A program made the position numbers and the translations under genes. DNA of 60,956 bases, filler included. It is 8 parts of 8 records of this genome, joined end to end, with 100 filler letters (N's around TTAATTAATTAA, not from the genome) between each part and the next. Parts side by side here need not be neighbours in the genome. Positions count along the whole stretch, not along the records: positions 49,164 to 54,205 come from SRR31147125_45325; positions 54,306 to 60,956 come from SRR31147125_45413; 6 more parts are not named here. One strand, given 5' to 3'. Within the stretch, counting starts at the first letter, position 1. Every line of letters starts with the position of its first letter. Below, piece by piece: positions 52,294 through 60,956 of the stretch. Under the pieces are notes generated by a model that worked only from the letters and a program-made list of their open reading frames with translations, was not told the DNA's origin and did no database searches.

Positions 52294-52529
52294 GCTTTTG
52301 GGAGGCTCCTAAAAGTGATAAATTGGGTGATAAATGTTTTTTGGTCCAAAGCGTATGCTGTTGTAAGAGAAAATATAGAACATTCTTCAAAATAACTTTA
52401 CACGTTCTGACGCAGAACTCAGTTCTTATATGGTAATCCCTGACTTTACAGGCTCCCGGATTTTCATGTGGTGTTGTGTCTGGTGGCCTGACATGGGCGT
52501 TATCGGGGCTTCTCACAAAAAAGTGTAAG

Positions 52530-53347
52530 CTATTTATGTGAGAAGCTGAAGGATGCCTTTCTACATTGATCAGTCTTGGCTTTTTTTCTATTAAGTCCGG
52601 ACAGGGCAATTAATCCACATCCGAAAAATAGGAATGTGGTCGGCTCAGGAACAGATTCAATTGGCTCTGGATCAGTCGTTGCCAGCACATAACCGATGTC
52701 CACGAATGAGGCTAAGGTCGTCTGGCTTACGGTAGCGGGAGCAGAAAGCGACCACCCCGTCATCATCTCGTCTGGAAAAAAATCCAATTCCCAATGTCCA
52801 CCGGCTGTTCCTGCGCCACCATCGTTTTCAACCGGAACATAAGTTGCGCTCGGATTATCCGCCTGATAGGCGGCTAGGGCTGCGGCCCCTGTGTATTTAT
52901 ATGAGCCCTCCGTGTAAACACTGTTATCAATCCAGAGCGTTCCGAAGCCAATTACGTGAGCAATTTCGTGTACAATTGTATCGTATAATTCCCAATCTGC
53001 AAAGTTTCCAAGGTCGGCACTATCATAACTCATGCTGCCACTTGTTGCTAACGTATACCCCCCTGATCTGTTATAAAGTTGGGGCCTCCACTTCCAAGCA
53101 CGCCACCAACGCCATCCATATAAACACTTTCAGCGGAAATATCGAGACTGGTGATCGAAATTCCATCCTGATAGCCGCTGATAACGCTTTCCCAATAATT
53201 TTCAGCATCGGTAAAGATGGCTTCCTGATCGCTTGTAAAACCTGTAAGCGTAAGATTAATATCAAACGGAGTCGCATAAAGAAACTGTGCAAAACTAATC
53301 ACTGATAAAAATAAAAATAAAAATACTCTGCAAACTTTTCCGAACAT
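52530..53347 (-). CDS. Secreted leishmanolysin-like (M8) zinc metallopeptidase with PEP-CTERM sorting signal; frameshift near 53060
   Basis: Signal peptide, DGVGGVLGSGGP, HEIAHVIGFG, GGHWE, EMMTG and VPEPTT-TM-RKK; halves join in a G6 run. Confidence 0.85.
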
Positions 53348-53865
53348 TTTGTTTTCCTTTCTGTGTTAACATTAATCAGTCATTATTTTTTGAAGATTGT
53401 TTTCAATCACCCTCAAAAACTTAAACAGATATTGGCATCCTTAATGTGACCGAAGATTTATTTTGTGCTTTTTAGCGTGAGGCCCGAATAACGGGGTGTC
53501 TCATGAAAAGTGTAAACAGGAAATGAAACATACTCACATTTACTACAAATGAATCCTCTCTTGACATAAATTGAATAATTTGTCTAGTAAATTTTATATT
53601 TGAATTGATATGTAAAAAATAATTTGTAATGGATCAGAGTCCGTTTTCATTGTGGTTTTTGGGGATATGCTTTTTCGTTGCGATTGAGGCGGGTTTGACG
53701 TCGGACGAAGTGCAGGTGGCAGGGCTTCGTAGCTCGGGACTTCAGAAGGTGTAAATTAGTCGTGTATTATGTCGGATTTCACATGCCCCCGAAACCAAAT
53801 CCATCTGCCTCTCCCCGTTTATGTTTTTTTGGGGAGAGAAGAGGAATGAGGAAAAAACGATCGGG

Positions 53866-54205
53866 TTATGCTGCCGCCTTCCGAGGGGATGCCCCGCGGG
53901 CCTTTTGGAGCAGATAAAGTCCACCGAACAGAAGCATACCGATGGGATAAATCCAGTATCGCTGGTCATGGGGAATACCAATCCATTTGGATACCTGATC
54001 CGGTCTCATGAGCATGAAGGTGACGCATAAAAACAGTGGAATCTCATAGATCCTGTTTTTTGTGATGAACCACCCCTGGGTGGCCGATGCAAAGGCAAAA
54101 TTACCGAAACACGCCATCACGAAAATCAATGTCCCCTGAAGCCAGCTGCTGATGTTGTGGAGAATCAGATCGGAGTTGAAGATAAACATGAACGGCAGGA
54201 TGGCG
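53866..54205 (-). CDS. C-terminal fragment of fused TRAP transporter permease (4TM/12TM)
   Basis: AILPFMFIFN...AFASATQGWF. Confidence 0.7.
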
Positions 54206-54305
54206 NNNNNNNNNNNNNNNNNNNNNNNNNNNNNNNNNNNNNNNNNNNNTTAATTAATTAANNNNNNNNNNNNNNNNNNNNNNNNNNNNNNNNNNNNNNN
54301 NNNNN
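54206..54305. other. Artificial contig linker
   Basis: N-run, TTAATTAATTAA, N-run. Confidence 0.98.
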
Positions 54306-54884
54306 AGCAGCAAGAGCAGGAATTCATGGTAAAGGTTTTGCTGTGGTTGCAGAAGAAGTGCGTAACCTTGCCGCCCGCAGTGCCAAAGCTGCGGCCGAGA
54401 CTGCAGACCTGATTCAGAACAGTAACAATCAGATTGAAGAAGGTGTAACAATTTCAGAACAGACAGCCGAAGCACTCAACGCCATCTCTGCTAATGTTAC
54501 CAAAACCACCGATACTATTGCAGAAATAGCTTCAGCCTCTTCTGAGCAGGCAAACGGTATAAAGCAGATCAATGTCGGTCTTACACAAATAGATTCTGTC
54601 ACTCAGCAAAATACAGCCAATGCCGAAGAGACAGCGAGTGCCAGTGAAGAGATGTCTTCTATGGCAACAATGCTACAGCAGCTGATACAGCACTTCAAAC
54701 TCAAGGAAAACAGACCCGCAAGACGTATTGCCACTGCACCAAAACCAAGACCAGCCAAGCCACAGCAAAAAAATCAATACCACAGGATACTGACTGGGCT
54801 AAAACTCCTGATAACAGGCAGGCTACTGTGGTCGAACCATCAGAACAAATCAAACTTGATGACAGCGAATTCGGAAAATTCTAA
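54306..54884 (+). CDS. Methyl-accepting chemotaxis protein, C-terminal part (frameshift near 54770)
   Basis: [22 protein letters not shown] and QQNTANAEE. The shifted frame ends [13 protein letters not shown], a CheR-tether-like pentapeptide. Confidence 0.9.
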
Positions 54885-54923
54885 TTTACAATTGGCTACC
54901 AGCGTTTGAATATTAATAAAAAG

Positions 54924-54961
54924 ATAATCCTTGCAGCGTATAGCAGCGCTGCAAGGATTAT
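54924..54961. terminator. Hairpin between convergent genes
   Basis: 15-bp perfect stem ATAATCCTTGCAGCG / CGCTGCAAGGATTAT. Confidence 0.7.
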
Positions 54962-55034
54962 AAAATTCTATAAAGCATAACTCATAGGCAGTGATAGCAA
55001 ATATACTACATAATAATAAATCTCAACACTACTC

Positions 55035-56192
55035 TCATTCACAAAATTCCAGCAAATCAGTTTTGAGCAGCCAATCAAAGAAGTCATTATTATTTTTGTC
55101 CTCGGCAAAAAACGCAAACCCGAATAATGGAAATTTATTGTGATCAACTTTTCGTAATTCTTTCAAATCATTAAAACGCTGCTGCAATTTATCATAATCA
55201 AATTTTTGAACTTCAGCACACTTACTATTGGATAAAACAGACATACCGTATACCTTACCATTATCAGCAGAAAAAACTCCCTGCCAGTCCGGCTCCTTAC
55301 GCTCAGCAAAGCACTTATACGGATTAATACCATACGCCCAGTAAGAGAGATCTGTTGTACACCAGCCAGCAAAACGAAGTGGATTAATCTCAATCGGCTT
55401 GATTACGCCATCATCTCCAACCCTCACCTCAGCATGAAGAACAAACCCTTTAAGGTCAGCTTTTTCCTGCAATAGCTTGAGAAATTTCTTAAATGGTTCA
55501 AGGAATTCTTTAATAGTATCTACAGATGTTATATACAGTCTATCACTCATATCTGCTTTATCACGAAAAATATGCTCAAATATATTTACAATTACCGGTT
55601 CATCATCATCACTGAAGAATGCATCTATAGCAAATTCTCTGCCCTCAATGATACCTTCCAGCAAAAATGAAGAACTATCCAGCACAGATTCAGGAAAGAC
55701 ATCCTTGATGTTTTCCATTTCTACAGCAAGCTTCTGTAATACCTCATCAAGCTCATCCTGAGAACCAACTCTATATACTCCGGCACTCAGAAAACCTACA
55801 GTAGGTTTGATAATAAATGGCTCTCCAAAGTCAGCATATTGCAGATTGACAAGTTCGTCATAGTGAAAAGATGCAAACTTTACTTCTGGAAAGTACTCTG
55901 CATAGGTCTCACGAAATAAGAATTTATTCTTGAATAACTCAATACATCTACGGAGTCTATGTTCAGCTGGTAGGGTCTTATCTAGCCATGTAAGTGCATT
56001 TTCGCTATTTGAATATATCCATCTGCCTTCCCGTTCAAGTAATCTAGCTGCAGCGGCCTCTCTAGTTAGCAAAACATCTCTCTTGCAGTCACACTCTCTT
56101 TCCAACATAGAGTCATAAATCACTCTATTGTTATTCTCAGATATAAACTCCTGTGCCAGCTCAGAAACATAAGGCTCTGTAAAAATAAACAT
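55035..56192 (-). CDS. ATP-grasp domain protein of unknown specificity
   Basis: FKNKFLFR, FIIKPTVGFLSAGV, LEGIIEGREFAID, HAEVR and IEINPLRFAG. Confidence 0.85.
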   Translation of the reverse strand: MFIFTEPYVSELAQEFISENNNRVIYDSMLERECDCKRDVLLTREAAAARLLEREGRWIYSNSENALTWLDKTLPAEHRLRRCIELFKNKFLFRETYAEYFPEVKFASFHYDELVNLQYADFGEPFIIKPTVGFLSAGVYRVGSQDELDEVLQKLAVEMENIKDVFPESVLDSSSFLLEGIIEGREFAIDAFFSDDDEPVIVNIFEHIFRDKADMSDRLYITSVDTIKEFLEPFKKFLKLLQEKADLKGFVLHAEVRVGDDGVIKPIEINPLRFAGWCTTDLSYWAYGINPYKCFAERKEPDWQGVFSADNGKVYGMSVLSNSKCAEVQKFDYDKLQQRFNDLKELRKVDHNKFPLFGFAFFAEDKNNNDFFDWLLKTDLLEFCE

Positions 56193-56206
56193 ATAATCTC
56201 TTTCAT

Positions 56207-56234
56207 AAAAAAATAGCACTCATCAGAGTGCTAT
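56207..56234 (-). terminator. Terminator-like hairpin in the ATP-grasp leader
   Basis: Minus strand ATAGCACTC-tgat-GAGTGCTAT plus a T run, about 15 nt upstream of ATG 56192. Confidence 0.55.
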
Positions 56235-56380
56235 AATGTAAAAATCAGAATTATTATATTTACAGCAGCACTTTTTAACAGTAGAAATAATATTTTCCAA
56301 CTAAAATACCAAATCCGCTAAATGTATGAAAAGTATTAACATATCAAACAATAATGCTAAATATGAAAAACATCTAAAGC

Positions 56381-56599
56381 TTATCTGCCACGAATCAAAT
56401 CATTCGCAACCTGTATCATATTGGGATATAAGTCTTTAGGAACAGATGGTTTCCCAAGTTTTTGCGCAACTATATAGCGTGCACACTTTGAATTATCTCC
56501 TGTACAGTATTTACCCTTAAAGATACTTCCAAGCCCGCTATCATCAGGCATTTTATCATTAAAAAATGGACATCCACCCAAACATTCGCAATCAGCCAT
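56381..56599 (-). CDS. Small Cys-rich hypothetical protein
   Basis: CECLGGCPFF...YCTGDNSKCARY...VPKDLYPN; AAGGTG RBS. Confidence 0.75.
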   Translation of the reverse strand: MADCECLGGCPFFNDKMPDDSGLGSIFKGKYCTGDNSKCARYIVAQKLGKPSVPKDLYPNMIQVANDLIRGR

Positions 56600-56864
56600 A
56601 ATTACACCTTTCTTTATAATTTTTACAAATATATGCTATTTAAATTTTATCATATTATTTTTTTTACACCAGTAAAAGAAGTTAAAAATAAATAAAATTA
56701 TCAACTGTTTAATTCACCAAAATCAGTATACAACATCTTGCAAGAGACACGTAATATAAATACTGCGCTATATCGATAGTATAAATAAAAAAGAATTGTA
56801 AACCATGCATTTGGCTTACAATTCTCCATTTTTGGTTGTTACGTTTATTTACAGGAATAACTCT

Positions 56865-57929
56865 CTAATACTCTTTAATAACCAATTCATTACTGGCAAA
56901 GAGTCTAATCTTATCACGAGGGAAACTCAGCCCAATCTCATCACCGACTTTGACATCATCTTCCCCATCAATACGGACGACAAGTCTGCCAAGCTCACCT
57001 GCATCAACATAAATATAAATATCAGCCCCTAGGTACTCAACAACATCTACCTTACCCCAGCAGTCGCCTTTATTGAAGTCTTTGGTGACACTGATATGCT
57101 CAGGTCGCACACCAAGCTGTACTGCTTCATGCTTAGCACTAAAATCAACAATTTCTGATTTAAATTGCGGCAATACAACCTTACCATTCTCAACACTGCA
57201 CGGCATAACATTCATCTTTGGACTGCCGATAAACTGTGCAACAAAGAGATTATCAGGGTTTTGATAAAGCTCACGAGGAGACCCAATCTGCTGAATAAGG
57301 CCGTCCTTAAGCACAACAATCTTATCAGCAAGAGTCATAGCCTCCACTTGGTCATGAGTAACATAGATCATTGTTGCGTTCAACTCATTATGCAACTTTG
57401 CAATTTCAAAGCGCATTTCAACACGCAGCGCAGCATCTAGATTTGAGAGAGGTTCGTCAAAGAGGAAGCCCTTAGGATCACGCACAATAGCACGACCAAT
57501 AGCCACACGCTGCCTCTGTCCACCTGATAGAGCTTTCGGGCGTCTTTCAAGCATATTATCAAGCTTGAGCATTCTTGCTGACTTATTGACTCTCTGTCTG
57601 ATAGTATCTTTGTGCACCCCAGAAGTTTTCAGGCAGAACCCGACGTTTTCAGCCACAGTCATATGCGGATAAAGTGCGTATGACTGGAACACCATTGATA
57701 GTTCTCTTCCTGATGGAGGCAGAGCTGTAACATCTTCATCATCAATAAATACCTGCCCTCTGCTTGCTTCTTCCAGACCAGAGATAATACGGAGTAATGT
57801 AGATTTACCACATCCTGAAGGACCAACAAAAATTACAAATTCACCATCTTTTATTTCCAGATCAACACCTTTGATAACCTGTGTCTGATCGAACCACTTT
57901 TCAACACCTTTTAAAGTAATAGAGCCCAT
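56865..57929 (-). CDS. Sugar ABC transporter ATP-binding protein (MalK/UgpC-like)
   Basis: GPSGCGKST, VFQSYALYPH, LSGGQRQR, FDEPLSNLD and YVTHDQ. Confidence 0.95.
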   Translation of the reverse strand: MGSITLKGVEKWFDQTQVIKGVDLEIKDGEFVIFVGPSGCGKSTLLRIISGLEEASRGQVFIDDEDVTALPPSGRELSMVFQSYALYPHMTVAENVGFCLKTSGVHKDTIRQRVNKSARMLKLDNMLERRPKALSGGQRQRVAIGRAIVRDPKGFLFDEPLSNLDAALRVEMRFEIAKLHNELNATMIYVTHDQVEAMTLADKIVVLKDGLIQQIGSPRELYQNPDNLFVAQFIGSPKMNVMPCSVENGKVVLPQFKSEIVDFSAKHEAVQLGVRPEHISVTKDFNKGDCWGKVDVVEYLGADIYIYVDAGELGRLVVRIDGEDDVKVGDEIGLSFPRDKIRLFASNELVIKEY

Positions 57930-57966
57930 TATATGCCTCCTAAATTTATTATATAGTTAGTTTAAA

Positions 57967-59231
57967 TTATTTACCTGCCCATGCCAGCCATAATGCTGCA
58001 GTCCAGGAGAATTCGTCACCACCACAGCCTTTCCCCGTCATAGAGTCGTAATACTCATAAAAACCTTCTTTCTCGACAAGTAAAGCTGTATCCTGACGAA
58101 TTTGCTCAGCAAGTTCAACCTCACCGTATTCCTGAAGACCGATACTAATCAGATAGTTCACCTGAATCCAGAGTGGCCCCCGCCAATAACGCTGTGATTC
58201 AAAGTTGCTGTCTCTCGGATCCCAGCTCGGCACAGAATACTTACAGGCAGCAAGCATTGCTTTAAGCTCATGCAGCATTGTCTTATTCTGCTCATCAGTA
58301 CCAAGTCCAGCATAAAACGCAAGCATTGAAGCAGATGAGAGTGCCGGTGCAAAAGTTCCTGTATAAGCATTTTTTGCACAGAAACCTTTTGCTTCATCGC
58401 TCCATAAATCCTGCACACCCTTTTCTGTCAGTTCTATCCAACCTTCAATCTCGGCTACATATTCGCCCTGCCCTAGGTAATTAACAATTTCAAGCAACTC
58501 TTTATTTGCACGGTGCAGAATAAATGTAATACCCGGATCAGCAGTCCAAAATGGAGCAGCATTGATGATCTTTTTGTAATCCCATTTATTATCACGACCG
58601 AATTTAACAATAGTCAGATACCTGTCATATTGCTCTTTACTTGGTCTTTCATCAGCATCAATATGTGTTGTATCCTTCCGTACATATTCACCAAGTTCAG
58701 GATCGACAGACATATGCTCCATGCCATCATCCCAATCAGGGCAGTTATCTCTGCCAGACTCCCATGGGTGAATAACAGCCATCACACCAGAATCATTGAT
58801 ATTACGTGCCTTATAAAACCAGCGATGAGCATCAACCATTTTAGGAAGCAAATCAAGTGCTAATGCTTTTTCACTTTCTGTAGGGTTACTATGCAAAAAC
58901 TTATTTACTACGATTGTATGCACAGGTGGCTGAGAACAGCCTGAAGAGGGCACGTTATCACCTCCCTGCCAGACATCTGGTCAGGAAAATATGTATCAGA
59001 ATCTTTCCAGAAAACCATATGCGGCAGCATGCCGTCATTCCACTGAGACTTGAAAATCGTCTTAATTTCTTCCCAGGCTCGTGTCCTGTCATACTCAAAA
59101 ATACCTAGAGCGCTGAAAGCAGAGTCCCATAACCACTGATACGGATAGAGTCCATTTGTCGGTACAGTGTACCCTCCACGATCATTTGTTTTGAGGATTT
59201 CCATCGCTTCTTTGTTTAATTGCTCATTCAT
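57967..59231 (-). CDS. GH63/MGH1-like glycoside hydrolase (glucosylglycerate/mannosylglycerate hydrolase-like); frameshift near 58980
   Basis: LYPYQWLWDSAF, YFP|GPDVW, SQPP, HPWESGRDN, YWRGPLW, FYEYY and FSWTAA. Confidence 0.85.
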
Positions 59232-59235
59232 TTTT

Positions 59236-60483
59236 CTACCCTTTTACACTACCAGCTGTCAGACCGGAAACAAGGAATCTTTCAAACCAGAGGAAGATAA
59301 CAAGCACAGGTATTGTTGCAACCACAGCCCCAGCCATCAGATGCTGCCTTGGAACTTCTGATGAATTCAGCGAAACAACACCTCTTGAAAGTGTAAATAC
59401 TTCCAGATCATCAAGGAACATAAAGGCAAAGAGGAACTCATTCCAAGCAATCATAAAGACATACAGCGCTACAGATGCTAGAGCAGGAAGAGCAAGCGGC
59501 AGTGTTATTTTCCAGATCACCTCAACCCTTGAGAGTCCATCCATCAGCCCTGCTTCTTCCAGTTCAGCAGGCAACCCTCTGAAATATCCCTGCAGCATGT
59601 ATAACGCAACCGGTATCGTTGTAGCAGGATAAACAATCAATAGACCAGTAAGTGAGTTTCTAAGTCCCAGCTGTGAGAATACAGAGTATAGGGGGATAAC
59701 TAGAACAATAGCAGGAACCATATAAATCAACAAGATAGAAGTCGACAGCATTTTCTGCCCTGGAAACCTCAAGCGTGAAACAGCGTAGGCACCGGGGATA
59801 GATAAGGCAAGTGTTATAAGTACAGTTGCAATTGAAACTATAGCCGAATTAAGAAGAAAGGTGCCGAAATTAAACTTAGAGAACAATTCGATATAACTTT
59901 TAAAGAGTGTTCCAAAACCCTGTGAGAAGTTAATAGTAAAATCAAGAGGGTTAGCCAGTAAGCTCTGCTGATTTTTCAGACTTGTCATAACCATAACATA
60001 GAAAGGCAGAGCAACAAGAATGATAAAGAAGACATAACCAAAGCCTTTAAAATTCCTGATAATTATAACTTCCATATTATAACGGACTATTTTCCCCAGT
60101 CCCATATCTTTAAGGCACATCCCGATTGATCCAGCAGTCAGCAAAACACATGCGCTCAGCCCTATAATCTGCATAAAGGCCGAAGACTCAGCTGGGAAAT
60201 TAAATGGGAAAGACATAGACAATAAGAACACAACAACAAGATATACAAAACCAGTTAAGACATAAGTACGTTTCTGAGAAACATTTTTACCTTCTTTTTT
60301 GAGTGAATGAGACCACCCGTTTATCAATCCGGCACATACGCCGGCAATCAATGCAGCACCAAGAGATGGGTCAGCAATATCTCCAGAGATAAGCATAAGC
60401 AACACACTTATCAGTAGCATCCAGAGCACACCCCAGAGCCCACCAGTCACAGCGCTTGCAATTATTCCATTTCCATATTTCAT
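59236..60483 (-). CDS. Sugar ABC transporter permease (MalG-like) with N-terminal membrane extension
   Basis: EAA loop ELEEAGLMDG and AWNEFLFA. Confidence 0.92.
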   Translation of the reverse strand: MKYGNGIIASAVTGGLWGVLWMLLISVLLMLISGDIADPSLGAALIAGVCAGLINGWSHSLKKEGKNVSQKRTYVLTGFVYLVVVFLLSMSFPFNFPAESSAFMQIIGLSACVLLTAGSIGMCLKDMGLGKIVRYNMEVIIIRNFKGFGYVFFIILVALPFYVMVMTSLKNQQSLLANPLDFTINFSQGFGTLFKSYIELFSKFNFGTFLLNSAIVSIATVLITLALSIPGAYAVSRLRFPGQKMLSTSILLIYMVPAIVLVIPLYSVFSQLGLRNSLTGLLIVYPATTIPVALYMLQGYFRGLPAELEEAGLMDGLSRVEVIWKITLPLALPALASVALYVFMIAWNEFLFAFMFLDDLEVFTLSRGVVSLNSSEVPRQHLMAGAVVATIPVLVIFLWFERFLVSGLTAGSVKG

Positions 60484-60485
60484 AA

Positions 60486-60956
60486 TTACTCATCCTTTGG
60501 AGAAAATTTAAAGAACAATAATGAAGAAGTAAGCAAGACAAGAAATACCACAACAGCAACAGCCGCACCAGCACCAAGATTTGAAATTGCAAAACCTTTT
60601 TCATAAACATCAACAACCAGTGTACGGGTTCCGGACGCTCCGCCTGTAAGGAGAAAGATATCGTCAAACTTATTGAATGTCCAGATAAAGCGCAAGAGGA
60701 ATAACACGCCGAGAATACCAGCAAGCTGTGGTAGAGAGATATACCAGAATTGCTGTAATGGGGAAGCACCGTCAATCTCCGCAGCCTCATACATATCTGT
60801 TGGGATGGACTGCATCCTGGCAAGTATAAAGAGGAAAGATAGCGGGAAATACCTCCATGCTTCAAACGCAATAACTGTTGACAGAGCAAGTGGGAATTCA
60901 AAATTCATTCCAAAAACACTAAACTCAATTGCTCGCTGCCCAAAGAAATTGATCGG
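60486..60956 (-). CDS. Sugar ABC transporter permease (MalF-like), 5' truncated
   Basis: MYEAAEIDGAS and FNKFDDIFLLTGG. Confidence 0.9.
   Translation of the reverse strand, partial: PINFFGQRAIEFSVFGMNFEFPLALSTVIAFEAWRYFPLSFLFILARMQSIPTDMYEAAEIDGASPLQQFWYISLPQLAGILGVLFLLRFIWTFNKFDDIFLLTGGASGTRTLVVDVYEKGFAISNLGAGAAVAVVVFLVLLTSSLLFFKFSPKDE

Noticed and set aside
52390-52506. attC-like site between the peptidase and hypothetical genes
   Set aside because: TAAC/GTTA ends are present but the inner arms do not pair.
53350-53740. Riboswitch (c-di-GMP) or sigma54 promoter upstream of the PEP-CTERM gene
   Set aside because: No GEMM core, and no correctly oriented TGGCAC-N5-TTGC was found.
7565-54305. 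Recurring TTAATTAATTAA motif as a biological repeat or CRISPR
   Set aside because: Always embedded in N runs of fixed length, so it is an artificial six-frame-stop linker. No CRISPR array was seen anywhere in the window.
56213-56234. CIRCE (HrcA) operator
   Set aside because: The arms resemble TAGCACTC/GAGTGCTA but the spacer is 4 nt rather than 9, and no chaperone gene follows. A terminator hairpin explains it better.

Overview
This window is not one locus. It is eight unrelated metagenomic contigs joined by seven artificial 100-bp linkers (N44-TTAATTAATTAA-N44), so adjacency across a linker means nothing. Contig A (1-7564) is a minus-strand catabolic cluster: Tat amidohydrolase, LamG/DUF1961-like protein, jelly-roll plus nitrilase-family fusion, sulfatase and DUF5107-TPR. 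B (7665-20784) is Bacteroidota-like: MurF-Alr fusion, surface polysaccharide genes, MscS, dinB and a multi-PAS kinase. C (20885-26103) is a PEP-CTERM/exosortase-type EPS locus. D (26204-36212) is Desulfobacterales-like: a methyltransferase-AraC-TonB receptor module with a duplicated promoter, pseudogene and IS relics, a PAS protein with a Cys-rich tail, and a class III cyclase-TPR. E (36313-42543) is Acholeplasma/Izemoplasma-like: mtnN, udk, a P1B-4 ATPase, a Na+-type PPase and a partial tRNA. F (42644-49063) is low-GC: ROK regulator, GH4 and Cof, then an arginase and a Schlafen/AlbA_2 gene bounded by attC-like sites. G (49164-54205) has a small nitrite/sulfite reductase-domain protein, argA, a PEP-CTERM M8-like peptidase and a TRAP fragment. 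H (54306-60956) has an MCP tail, an ATP-grasp protein, a small Cys protein and a sugar ABC transporter with a GH63-like hydrolase. Many genes are split by single-base indels, mostly in homopolymer runs, and these are probably sequencing errors. The best candidate for a new system is the integron-like cassette in F carrying a Schlafen/AlbA_2 nuclease fused to an unrecognised C-terminal domain, a possible anti-phage gene. Second is the AraC-controlled TonB receptor/methyltransferase module in D. All family and taxon assignments come from motif recognition by eye, not from database searches.
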